Shown: positions 16,474 through 25,598 of the stretch, one piece after another
Numbering within the stretch: the stretch's first letter is position 1
How the letters are laid out: each line of letters begins with the position of its first letter
Assembly (NCBI GenBank): GCA_003520205.1
Contig: DOVG01000214.1
Location: 1 to 32,348, forward strand
Length of the DNA: 32,348 nt
From: Lachnospiraceae bacterium
GTDB taxonomy: Bacteria; Bacillota; Clostridia; Lachnospirales; Lachnospiraceae
Direction: 5' to 3'
Notes under the pieces: model-generated
The model's input: only the letters and a program-made list of their open reading frames with translations
What the model was told of the DNA's origin: nothing
Databases searched by the model: none
Translations under genes and position numbers: made by a program

Positions 16474-18318
16474 ATGATGGTAAGTATTTTTACAAAACTC
16501 ATTAATATAAGCTTGTCAGCAAGTATACTGATAGTGGCGTGTATTTTAATCAGGTATGCTTTTAAGGGCATGCCTAAATATATGCGGTGTATACTTTGGA
16601 TGCTTGTTCTTATACATCTCGTCTCTCCTGTACGGCTCGAAAGTCCGTTTAGTCTTCTTCCTAAAAAGGAAATAGTAAACGGCGTAGTAGAAATGGATGA
16701 CCCGGAAACTGAGAAACAGCTTAAAACGATTGACCTGACTTTGTCCGGAGATAAAAAGCTTAGTAAGGATAATCCTGCAGAAAAGGTGCATACGGTCAGA
16801 TATAAGACGACTACAGATAAGAACTTAATCAGTAAGGCAAATCTTATCAAAGGTTCAACTGCTATCTGGCTTATAGGAATCATCATATCCTGTATATATG
16901 GACTGTTTTCATATATAAGGCTCAGAAGATGTGTAGAAGATGCGGTTCTGCTTAAGGATAATGTATATCAGTCTGACAGAGTATTAACACCATTTGTTAT
17001 GGGAATAATAAGACCGAGAATATATATTCCCTTTAAGCTTACGAAAAGTGAGATATTCTTTGTGCTTAGTCATGAGAGGGCTCATATATCCCGAAAGGAT
17101 CATCTTCTGAAGCCGGTTGCTTATATTATTTCCTGTATATACTGGTTTAATCCGCTTATATGGGCATGCTACATGCTTCTTTGCAGAGATATAGAACTTG
17201 CCTGCGATGAAAAGGCTATAAATAAAATAGGCTATGACAGAAAGAAAGAGTATTCACAATCAATCCTTGACCTCAGTGTGCCTGGTAAATATATATCAGC
17301 ATGTCCTGTGGCATTTGGTGAAACAGGTGTTAAGGAAAGGGTAAAAAGTGTACTTGATATGAAGAAAGGAACAAAGATAGCCGTAGTTATGAGTGCGGTT
17401 ATAATAGCAGTAGTGGGAGTAGGATTTCTTACTTATCCCAAAACAAAGAAGAATAATGAAACGAAGAAAGAAGTAACAACTGTAGAGGCAAAAGAAGAAA
17501 TAACGAAAGTAGCCGAAAAAGAAGAGTCTACAACAGAAGTGGAAGAGGTAAAGACTTCTGAAGAAAAAGAAGAAGCAAATGAAAATAAAAATGAAAATGA
17601 TACTGAAAAAGTAAAAAAAATAACAACTATTCATGTCGATGATGCTACTGATATGGCTGGTTTAATGGTAGCGTACAGTTCTAACGATGGAAAATCTCTG
17701 TTTCTTGATCCATTACCGGAAATAAATAGTGTATCGGATGAAGGGGTAGAGACAAATATAGTTCTGTCATATGCTTCAAATGAACCTATCAACGAGGAGA
17801 TGACTCCTGAAGAGGCCCCTGAAGAGGCTTCTGAACCTGCCACTGAGACAGCGTATGCGTATATTGAAGATGGACCTATGGCGGGAGAAGAGATAGTCGC
17901 TAATTTAGATGAAAACATTGTTGAAGATGGTGAAGTAGAAATTAGTGATGAAAGCGTGAACCATTTTATGATTACGAGGGAGTATTCAGAAAGTCATCAG
18001 GGAGTAGACATAGCGGCAGAGGAAGGAACAAATATTCATTCGTATTGTGCGGGAACTGTAAAGAGTGCCGGATTTGATGAAAAGAATGGTAACTATATAG
18101 AAGTAGAAGATGAAAATGGATATGTATATTCATACTTTCACTTAAAGGATGCTCCTATGCTTAAAGCAGGAGATAAGGTTGAGGCAAAACAGGTAATAGG
18201 TGCAGTAGGTAATACTGGGGAAAGCACAGGTCCACATCTTCATGTTGAGATGACTGATAAGGATGGACAGAAAGTAGGACTTAAGATAATCCAGGCGGAC
18301 AGTGGTATCGAAGACTAA
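16474..18318 (+). CDS. BlaR1-like M56 membrane metallopeptidase with acidic linker and C-terminal M23 peptidase domain
   Basis: M56: TPFVMGIIRPRIYIP, HERAH (HExxH), YWFNPLIW, ELACDE, KERVK. Then a TM, an E/T/K-rich linker and M23 motifs HQGVD, GNYIE, YFHL, VGNTGESTGPHLH. Confidence 0.9.
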   Translation: MMVSIFTKLINISLSASILIVACILIRYAFKGMPKYMRCILWMLVLIHLVSPVRLESPFSLLPKKEIVNGVVEMDDPETEKQLKTIDLTLSGDKKLSKDNPAEKVHTVRYKTTTDKNLISKANLIKGSTAIWLIGIIISCIYGLFSYIRLRRCVEDAVLLKDNVYQSDRVLTPFVMGIIRPRIYIPFKLTKSEIFFVLSHERAHISRKDHLLKPVAYIISCIYWFNPLIWACYMLLCRDIELACDEKAINKIGYDRKKEYSQSILDLSVPGKYISACPVAFGETGVKERVKSVLDMKKGTKIAVVMSAVIIAVVGVGFLTYPKTKKNNETKKEVTTVEAKEEITKVAEKEESTTEVEEVKTSEEKEEANENKNENDTEKVKKITTIHVDDATDMAGLMVAYSSNDGKSLFLDPLPEINSVSDEGVETNIVLSYASNEPINEEMTPEEAPEEASEPATETAYAYIEDGPMAGEEIVANLDENIVEDGEVEISDESVNHFMITREYSESHQGVDIAAEEGTNIHSYCAGTVKSAGFDEKNGNYIEVEDENGYVYSYFHLKDAPMLKAGDKVEAKQVIGAVGNTGESTGPHLHVEMTDKDGQKVGLKIIQADSGIED

Positions 18319-18342
18319 TGAAAACTGAATATGTATAGTTAT

Positions 18343-18383
18343 GGTGCTATCTTACGATAATGTAAGATAGCATCTTTTCTTTT
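18343..18383 (+). terminator. Intrinsic terminator of blaI-blaR1 (overlaps a regulator box)
   Basis: Stem TGCTATCTTAC (18345-18355) / GTAAGATAGCA (18362-18372) followed by TCTTTTCTTTT. Confidence 0.75.
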
Positions 18384-18415
18384 GTCACGAAGATGTAAGA
18401 TGAGGATGTTATCTT
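18351..18415 (+). promoter_or_regulatory. Two putative response-regulator boxes and an extended -10 upstream of the ABC operon
   Basis: CTTACGATAATGTAAGAT (18351-18368) and GTCACGAAGATGTAAGAT (18384-18401), 33 bp apart; TG-T-TATCTT at 18407-18415 without a consensus -35. Confidence 0.55.
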
Positions 18416-18461
18416 AATAATTGAATAAGAGTCTTAGATGGATAAGAAAAAAGGAGATGCC

Positions 18462-19130
18462 ATGGATAACATAGTTGAACTAAAAGGAGTAACCAAAATA
18501 TATGGAGAAAAGGAAAATCAGGTGCTTGCTCTTCATAATGTAGATCTTGAAATAGAGAGAGGGAGCATGGTTTCGATAGTAGGAGCATCCGGAAGTGGAA
18601 AGTCCACACTCTTAAATATAGTTGGCGGAGTGGATACACCATCAGACGGAACTGTAATAGTAGATGGTAAAGAAATAACAAAGTATAACGATGATGAGCT
18701 TAGTATCTTCAGAAGAAGAAAGGTGGGATTTATATTTCAGGCATATCATCTGATTCCTGTTCTTACTGTGGAAGAAAATATAAAAATGCCAGTACTTCTG
18801 GACCATAGAAAACCGGATAAGGAATATATAGATCACATAATTAATCTTCTGGGGTTATCTGACAGAAGAAGACACCTTCCAAATCAGCTCTCAGGTGGTC
18901 AGCAGCAGAGAGTTGCAATAGCAAGGGCACTGGCAAACAGCCCATCCCTTGTTCTTGCTGATGAGCCGACAGGTGCTCTTGATTCCAGGAATGGTCAGGA
19001 GGTAATGGATCTTTTGATGAAGTCTGTCCAGACAATCGGTCAGACGCTTGTTATTATAACTCATAACATGGATCTTGCCCGGGAGGCAGACAGGATTATA
19101 AAGATAAAGGACGGGGAGATAGAAAAGTAG
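18462..19130 (+). CDS. ABC transporter ATP-binding protein (LolD/MacB/BceA-like)
   Basis: Walker A GASGSGKS, GFIFQ, signature LSGGQQQR, Walker B LVLADEPTG, ITH. ATG at 18462 with AAGGAG RBS at 18451-18456. Confidence 0.96.
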   Translation: MDNIVELKGVTKIYGEKENQVLALHNVDLEIERGSMVSIVGASGSGKSTLLNIVGGVDTPSDGTVIVDGKEITKYNDDELSIFRRRKVGFIFQAYHLIPVLTVEENIKMPVLLDHRKPDKEYIDHIINLLGLSDRRRHLPNQLSGGQQQRVAIARALANSPSLVLADEPTGALDSRNGQEVMDLLMKSVQTIGQTLVIITHNMDLAREADRIIKIKDGEIEK

Positions 19131-19131
19131 C

Positions 19132-21711
19132 ATGGAAGATTACAGAGAGCTGGGCAGTAGATATCTTACAACGAATAAAAAAAGGTCTTTGATAACAGTA
19201 ATCGGCTGCTTTATTGTTGCGGCCGGCCTTTTTATGTTTCTTAACTGTATGGCCTGCTGGGTAGAGAAGTGCCGTATAGATGCAAGGGCTGATGATGACT
19301 GTGAAATAATTATTCTGACGGATGATAAGGATATTATAGAGAAGATAGTAAATGAAGCTTTTGTAACTTCGGCATATCTGGGTAAAGCATATTCGTGGCA
19401 GAATGACGATGCTGAAGAGATATATGCAAATGCGCTGCACATAAATGTAAAAGAAAAATTTCTAATTAATTATTATTCTAAATATATAAAGAAAACCTAT
19501 GGGGTTGAGACAGAACTGAATGAACTCCTTTCTTGGACATATTGTCAGGATAATGAAGGCATAGGATACCTGATGATTCTGTTTGGGCTTCTGATTTCAT
19601 TAGTACTTGCTATTATTGGAGTGGGGGTACTTAGAAATAATATTTCCATATCTGCTATGGAGAGAGTAAAGGATTATGGAAATCTAAGATGCATAGGAGC
19701 TACAAAGAAACAGATAAAGCAGATAGTATATCGGGAATCATTTTTCCTTGAAACAGTGGGGATAGCTGGTGGAATATTTGCCGGTTTTTTATTAAGCATT
19801 CCTGTTTGTACAAGCCCTAAGAGAGAGTACCCTATAGGGTTTCATATACTTCCGGTAATTTTGCTTCTGATTGCTTTTTACGGTGATATGTATTTTGCGG
19901 TAAATGATGGACTAAAGAAGGTTCTGTCTGTAAGCCCGTCAGAAGCGGTTAGGGGGAATTACAGGATTAAAGCAAAAAGAATAAAGAGACGAAGAAGTGG
20001 AATCTGGGGACGTATTTTTGGAGTTGAAGGAGACTATGCCTATAAAAATATAAAGAGAAATAATGGAAGATTTATAAAAACTGTTACAGCAATGGTATTT
20101 GGAATGATCATCGTAATTGTAGTAGGCGGTGTGCTTGGAAAGGTATATCAGTTTTATGATGAAGTGGCGAATGAATATGGATATTACCAGCAATATATAT
20201 ATCGTGATACAAGCTCAGCTGAATCGTATGATGAAATGAAGGCTGACCTTTATTCTCCTGAAGCACTAAAGAGAATAAGCAGTTCAGATGGAATAAGCAA
20301 GACGAAATTCCTGTATCAGTCTACGCTTTATGCGGCAGAAGACAGATGGGTATTTAAGAATATTAATAATGCATATAACAAAGAAACATATGATGGACAA
20401 AGCTATGGAATGGGAGAGGAAACATCTGAGCAGACAAAGCTATATCGGGGGCAGGGAAGTGGTCTGATAGATTATGCCGGAATGGAAACATATGATGAGA
20501 AAAGAAACTCTTATAATGTAAGATTTGATACCTATTATAGTATTTATGATACCATGATATATATGTATGGATATGATAAAGAAGACTATGGAAGATGTGC
20601 TGATAATCTTGTAGAAGGGACTATGGATCTTTCGGAAAATGGTATTCTTCTTGTTAATCAGGCGAATCTGACTCCAAGTTCGTATTATGAAGAATATGAT
20701 GGAATTGTTACATCGACTAAACCGTATCAGTTTCTGGATGTTAATGTTGGAGATGAGATAACTGTAGTTGATCCGATAGAACTATATAATCTGGTTCAGG
20801 AAGAACGTAAAAATGCAAAGGCATATGACGAATATATGCATAAGGAGGCAGACAGATGGAATCAGGAGAATAAGGGTAAAACTGGTAAAAATGGCGAACC
20901 TTTGGTAAACCCTTATGAACAGTATATAGATATCGAGAATAATGACAGGAAAGAATTGTGGATTGTTGAAGCTGCCAGAGAGAAACTGGTTGAAGAAGGA
21001 AAATGTAAGAAATATGTGATTGAAGGGATTTTAGAGAGAGATCCTAATAATTCGACTGTATCACCTGCCATAATAGTGCCTCTTGACAAATTCTATAGAA
21101 TTACGGGAAAGACTGAAAGTGATTATAATGGAATAAAGTTCCATGTAAGTAATATATTCAGTAGAGATTTTGAGAAGAACGATTTTCTAAATGCCTTAAA
21201 TGAGAAGACTAATAATTATTATATTGGAGAGGAATATGATGGCCCGGTATATGAGTCTTATACGTCGCCATTTTTGGAAGGCATGGGAATGGTAGTGTCG
21301 GGAGTAAAATATATGATCGGGGCTGTGGTTATTATATTTATATTTATTATTATCAGTATACTCAATACTTTAAATGTAACCATAAGTGGACTTCAATTAA
21401 GAAGAAATGAATTTGCGCAGCTCAGATCCCTTGGAATGACAAAGAGGAGTCTGCTTAAAGCGGTACTTCTCGAAGGGGGGATAGTATGGATTGTATCAAC
21501 TATTATAGGAATAATTCTGGGAATAGCTATAGAGTATGTGTTATATAAGATGTTTATAAATCTGATAATAGATTCTGGTATATATATATTCTGGCCGGGA
21601 ATTATAATAGCGGCATTACTTTCTCTGGTAGTCCTGGCGGGGTCAAATTATTTCTTCTTTAAACAGATGAAGCTTGATGTGGCATCAGAACTGATAAGAT
21701 CTGGAGAATAA
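19132..21711 (+). CDS. ABC transporter permease with two FtsX-like domains and a large extracellular domain
   Basis: ERVKDYGNLRCIGATKKQIKQIVYRE and RRNEFAQLRSLGMTKRSLLKAVLLEG FtsX motifs; about 8 TMs; Tyr/Asp/Glu-rich loop of roughly 390 aa. Confidence 0.9.
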   Translation: MEDYRELGSRYLTTNKKRSLITVIGCFIVAAGLFMFLNCMACWVEKCRIDARADDDCEIIILTDDKDIIEKIVNEAFVTSAYLGKAYSWQNDDAEEIYANALHINVKEKFLINYYSKYIKKTYGVETELNELLSWTYCQDNEGIGYLMILFGLLISLVLAIIGVGVLRNNISISAMERVKDYGNLRCIGATKKQIKQIVYRESFFLETVGIAGGIFAGFLLSIPVCTSPKREYPIGFHILPVILLLIAFYGDMYFAVNDGLKKVLSVSPSEAVRGNYRIKAKRIKRRRSGIWGRIFGVEGDYAYKNIKRNNGRFIKTVTAMVFGMIIVIVVGGVLGKVYQFYDEVANEYGYYQQYIYRDTSSAESYDEMKADLYSPEALKRISSSDGISKTKFLYQSTLYAAEDRWVFKNINNAYNKETYDGQSYGMGEETSEQTKLYRGQGSGLIDYAGMETYDEKRNSYNVRFDTYYSIYDTMIYMYGYDKEDYGRCADNLVEGTMDLSENGILLVNQANLTPSSYYEEYDGIVTSTKPYQFLDVNVGDEITVVDPIELYNLVQEERKNAKAYDEYMHKEADRWNQENKGKTGKNGEPLVNPYEQYIDIENNDRKELWIVEAAREKLVEEGKCKKYVIEGILERDPNNSTVSPAIIVPLDKFYRITGKTESDYNGIKFHVSNIFSRDFEKNDFLNALNEKTNNYYIGEEYDGPVYESYTSPFLEGMGMVVSGVKYMIGAVVIIFIFIIISILNTLNVTISGLQLRRNEFAQLRSLGMTKRSLLKAVLLEGGIVWIVSTIIGIILGIAIEYVLYKMFINLIIDSGIYIFWPGIIIAALLSLVVLAGSNYFFFKQMKLDVASELIRSGE

Positions 21712-21733
21712 ATATATAGAAAAGGGGAAAGAT

Positions 21734-22687
21734 ATGAATAAAAAAAGAGGGTATATAATAAAAAAAGACGTATTCATGTATTTGGTAATGATTTTGGCTA
21801 TACTTTTTGCAACGCCAGGAAATTCGATGAGGGCATATGCCATGACCCCAAGGGTGATGATGACAGAATATTCTCTGGATAAGAAAGATATATATCCGGG
21901 AGATACATTTTCATTAAGCTTCAAGTTAAAGAATACTTCGAAGAATACAGTGATGAATCTCAAATGCGTGGTGGTTTCTGACAAAGGTGAGTTCCTTCCG
22001 TCAGAAGGAGTAGGAAGCAGTTATGTGGACGAAATAGCCGGAGAAGAAGAGATAGAGCTTACTTTTAAACTTGAGGCGGTGAAGAAACTGGAAGAAAAGA
22101 CTTACAGTCTTAAGGTTAAGACTGAATATGAGGATTGGAGTGGAAGCTATAAATCAGAGGACTCTGTATATGTACCAATAAAGCTCAAAACTGAAGTTCT
22201 GGTTTCAGATACTTATATAGCTGAAGAAGAGATACATCTGGGTGATAATATCGAAATTGTCTCTACGGTTAACAATATAGGAGCGGCAGATATATATAAA
22301 GTTACAGCACAGGTTACAGGGCATAATATAGCTGATTCCAAAAGTTATATAGGAAATATAAAGCCTGGAAAAAATGCAAATATAGATATAATTACAAAGG
22401 CTATAAAACATGATGATGTGCGGGATGCTACGGAGTATGATAATGATCTGATTATTACGTATGAGGATATAGATGGTAATAAATATACAGGAAAAGAAAG
22501 TCTGGGCAATATAAAAGTTCTTGAACAGGATTTCTCGGATATTATACAGATTAAGGAGGATAATACAAGGCATCTTACAGAGGCTAACAAGGCGGAGATT
22601 ATAATCGCTGCAGCCGTAGTTCTGATAATTATATTTTTTGTGAGACGCCATCTGAAAAGAAAGAAGCTGGAAAGAAACTTTAATTAG
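21734..22687 (+). CDS. Exported COG1361/CARDB-like (Ig-fold) protein with C-terminal membrane anchor
   Basis: Signal peptide ending AYA; IYPGDTFSLSFKLKNTS, V.N.G..D, YIGNIKPG, ITYEDIDG patterns; C-terminal TM followed by RRHLKRKK. Confidence 0.7.
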   Translation: MNKKRGYIIKKDVFMYLVMILAILFATPGNSMRAYAMTPRVMMTEYSLDKKDIYPGDTFSLSFKLKNTSKNTVMNLKCVVVSDKGEFLPSEGVGSSYVDEIAGEEEIELTFKLEAVKKLEEKTYSLKVKTEYEDWSGSYKSEDSVYVPIKLKTEVLVSDTYIAEEEIHLGDNIEIVSTVNNIGAADIYKVTAQVTGHNIADSKSYIGNIKPGKNANIDIITKAIKHDDVRDATEYDNDLIITYEDIDGNKYTGKESLGNIKVLEQDFSDIIQIKEDNTRHLTEANKAEIIIAAAVVLIIIFFVRRHLKRKKLERNFN

Positions 22688-22725
22688 AGGAAGTAAATGA
22701 TGTAAGAATAAAGTGAGGAATTTAT

Positions 22726-24063
22726 ATGGGCTATTTGATAAGACTTAGTCTTGCAAATATCAAAGTCAGGAAGCTTAGAACTGTTCTTACTATAGCGGGT
22801 ATAATGATAGGGATTATGTCTGTAGTGACTATGCTTACAACTGGTATTGGTGCCAGGAAAACCATGTTAGCAGAAGTAGAAAAAGCGGGTAGTTCACGTG
22901 AGATAAATGTATATACTACTTCCTATGGGAGAAAGGACAGGCTTCTTAATGATTCGATAGTAAAGAAAATAGAAAAACTGGATAATGTATCGGGGGTATA
23001 TCCTGTTATAGAGGCTCAGGGAGAGGAAAAACTTGGACCATATATAGGCTGGAATAATCTGAATGGAGTCCCTAAAGAGTATATGGAGCTTTTGGAACTT
23101 GAAACAGGAGAGCTGCCAAAGGCAAATGGCTCAAGACCAGTTCTTTTAATTGATAAGGGTGTTAGAGCTACTCTATATAATGAGAGAACGTGGCAGTTGT
23201 ATAAGGACAGCCCGCAAGGTAGTAGCCCTATAGTGGGAAGAAAACTGGATTTCAGACTGGATAAGAACCTGATAGACGATTTAAGTGAAGATGAAGAATT
23301 AGAAACAGCATCGGCTGGAGACAGTAAGGAAGATGATGAGGAAGATGAATCTGAAGTAAAATATCAGAAGCTTAAAGTATCAGGTGAAACTTCAAATCAG
23401 TATGCTTATGAGATATATACAGATATAGATACCATGAAGACGTATCTGAAGAGGCAGTCAGTGAATGGACGTATCCCGGGACAGCCGTTAGATAAAAACG
23501 GCCGACCATATTCTGCCTGGATGTATAACAGATTGATTATAAGAGTCGATGATGTAGAAAAAGTAGAACATGTATCCAAGGTTATTCAGGATATGGGGTT
23601 TCAGGCAGAGAATAATCTGGAATCTGTTAAGTCAGTTACGGAAACTGTGAGTATGATACAGTTTATCTTAGGTGCTATAGGTTTTATAGCAGCTGTGGTG
23701 GCAATCATAGGAATTATAAATACTATGATGACTGCGGTGTATGACAGAATAAAGGAAATAGGACTCCTTAAGATGCTTGGTTCTGACAGTGATGATATCA
23801 GTTTAATGTTTCTTTTTGAATCTGCAATGCTTGGTGCGTTGGGAGGAATACTTGGAGTGATACTATCACTTCTTGTAAATATATATATTAATGGCAGACT
23901 GGTAAAATATATGAAGATGCCGGAGGGGACATGGATAATGGATACTCCGCTATGGCTTATCATAGGGGCTGTTCTTTTGTCGGTACTTGTTTCGGTTCTT
24001 GCAGGGGCATTTCCGGCCAGATGGGCATCAAAGATAAAACCGCTGGATGCTATAGCGGGGTAA
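22726..24063 (+). CDS. MacB/FtsX-family ABC transporter permease
   Basis: RKLRTVLTIAGIMIGIMSVV, GIINTMMTAVYDRIKEIGLLKMLG, FLFES, PARWASKIKPLDAI. Confidence 0.93.
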   Translation: MGYLIRLSLANIKVRKLRTVLTIAGIMIGIMSVVTMLTTGIGARKTMLAEVEKAGSSREINVYTTSYGRKDRLLNDSIVKKIEKLDNVSGVYPVIEAQGEEKLGPYIGWNNLNGVPKEYMELLELETGELPKANGSRPVLLIDKGVRATLYNERTWQLYKDSPQGSSPIVGRKLDFRLDKNLIDDLSEDEELETASAGDSKEDDEEDESEVKYQKLKVSGETSNQYAYEIYTDIDTMKTYLKRQSVNGRIPGQPLDKNGRPYSAWMYNRLIIRVDDVEKVEHVSKVIQDMGFQAENNLESVKSVTETVSMIQFILGAIGFIAAVVAIIGIINTMMTAVYDRIKEIGLLKMLGSDSDDISLMFLFESAMLGALGGILGVILSLLVNIYINGRLVKYMKMPEGTWIMDTPLWLIIGAVLLSVLVSVLAGAFPARWASKIKPLDAIAG

Positions 24064-24072
24064 AAGTTTGTG

Positions 24073-24101
24073 TTGAATAATATTGGTATACACTTTATAA
24101 T
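24073..24101 (+). promoter_or_regulatory. Sigma-A-like promoter for the L,D-transpeptidase gene
   Basis: TTGAAT (24073-24078), 17 nt, TATAAT (24096-24101); RBS AAGGAG before the TTG start at 24152. Confidence 0.65.
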
Positions 24102-24151
24102 GAATAGGATTGCGTTGTTAGTGCATTAATTGTAGTAGAAGGAGAAATACA

Positions 24152-25579
24152 TTGATTAAGAAGGTTAACAGAAATTTATTGATATTACTTGCGGCAGTGG
24201 TTATAACCTTAGTTTTTGGTGGTTTTAGTGTGTTTGCAGCAGGCTGGGAAACAGATGAAGGTGGCATCAAATATGTAAATGATGACGGAACCACCCTTTC
24301 AGGATGGCAGGAATTAGATGGAAATAAATATTATTTCAAAGAAGATGGTCATGTTTCTGTTGGAATGACTGTTATAGGAGAAAATACTTACTATTTTGAT
24401 GAAAAAGGTGTCATGCAGACAGGGTGGCAGATAGTAAATGGAAAGAAATTCTACTTTGATGCATCCGGTATCAAGAAGTCAGGATGGGTATCAATTGGCA
24501 GCAACAAGTATTATGTTGATTCTGTAAATGGTATGCTTAAGGGCTTACAGTCCTTAGGTGGAAAGAACTACTATTTCGACGAAGAAGGTATCATGCAGAA
24601 GGGCTTTGTTACTGTTGATGGAGTAAAGTACTACTTTGGTAAAAAAGGAATTGCAAAGGAAGGCTTCTTCAAGGTAAAGAAAAAGTATTATTATTCTGAT
24701 AAGACAGGAAAGCTTAAGACAGGATGGTTTAAGTATAAGAAAAAGTATTATTATTTCAATACAAATACATGCAAGATGTCTACAGGCTGGACTAAGATAA
24801 ATGGTAAAAAGTACTATTTTAGTTCGAAAGGTAAGGCTAAAAAGGGCTGGCAGCAGATAAATGGCAAGACCTACTACCTGAGTAAGAAGGGTATGCAGAT
24901 TACAGGCTTCAAGAAGATAAAGAAGAAGTATTATTATCTGCTCAAAAAGGGTGACTATAAGACAGGCTGGATGAAGAAGGGTAAGTATAAATATTTCTTC
25001 CATGAAGATGGAACCATGGCTATAGGCTGGACAAATCTTAATGGAATACTCTACTATTTCTATAAGGCTAATAATAAGGCTAATAAACCTGTCGGTGCTA
25101 TGGCGAAGAATACTAAGATAGACGGCAAGAAGCTGGACAAGAAGGGACGCTGGGTAGGTTCTACACCGGATGGTATGGATGCAAAGGCGAAGAATCTGTC
25201 AAGTAATACGGATTATCTGATACTTGTAAATTGTGATATTCATTATGTGGCTATATATAGTGGAAGCAAGGGAGCCTGGAAACCACTCTTTAAATGGCAG
25301 TGTGGTAATGGAGCTCCGGAGACTCCTACAGTTAAGGGTACCTTCAGTATAGGTGCTAAAGGATATTATTTCGATCCTGAGGGAGGCGGAAGATGCTTCT
25401 ATTATTCTCAGTTCTATGGTGACTATCTGTTCCATTCCGTTATCTGCGATAAGGATGGAAATGTAATAGACGGACGTCTGGGATGTGCAGTTTCTCATGG
25501 ATGTGTCAGACTTGCCAAGGAAAATGCCAAGTGGATATATGATAATATCCCTTCAGGAACTACGGTTGTAGTTTACTAA
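24152..25579 (+). CDS. L,D-transpeptidase (YkuD family) with N-terminal cell-wall/choline-binding repeats
   Basis: Signal peptide (VFA); about 14 GW....G..YYF...G.M repeats; catalytic domain with TPT.KGTF, FHS, SHGCVRL, AKWIYDNIP.GT.V. Confidence 0.92.
   Translation: MIKKVNRNLLILLAAVVITLVFGGFSVFAAGWETDEGGIKYVNDDGTTLSGWQELDGNKYYFKEDGHVSVGMTVIGENTYYFDEKGVMQTGWQIVNGKKFYFDASGIKKSGWVSIGSNKYYVDSVNGMLKGLQSLGGKNYYFDEEGIMQKGFVTVDGVKYYFGKKGIAKEGFFKVKKKYYYSDKTGKLKTGWFKYKKKYYYFNTNTCKMSTGWTKINGKKYYFSSKGKAKKGWQQINGKTYYLSKKGMQITGFKKIKKKYYYLLKKGDYKTGWMKKGKYKYFFHEDGTMAIGWTNLNGILYYFYKANNKANKPVGAMAKNTKIDGKKLDKKGRWVGSTPDGMDAKAKNLSSNTDYLILVNCDIHYVAIYSGSKGAWKPLFKWQCGNGAPETPTVKGTFSIGAKGYYFDPEGGGRCFYYSQFYGDYLFHSVICDKDGNVIDGRLGCAVSHGCVRLAKENAKWIYDNIPSGTTVVVY
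24242..25110 (+). repeat. About 14 degenerate ~60-bp (20-aa) cell-wall-binding repeats
   Basis: Recurrent GGCTGG/GGATGG ... TACTATTT/TATTATTT at about 60-nt period within the LDT gene. Confidence 0.85.
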
Positions 25580-25598
25580 TAGTTAAAGGAATAAAGAA

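Noticed and set aside
16263..16886. 207-aa antisense ORF across blaI/blaR1, and the other short antisense or alternate-frame ORFs in the track
   Set aside because: They lie opposite or within well-supported genes and show the F/I/L/S-rich composition typical of reverse-strand shadows.
12144..24063. Signalling/ABC block as a mobile genomic island
   Set aside because: No integrase, tRNA, flanking direct repeats or evident compositional shift visible by eye.
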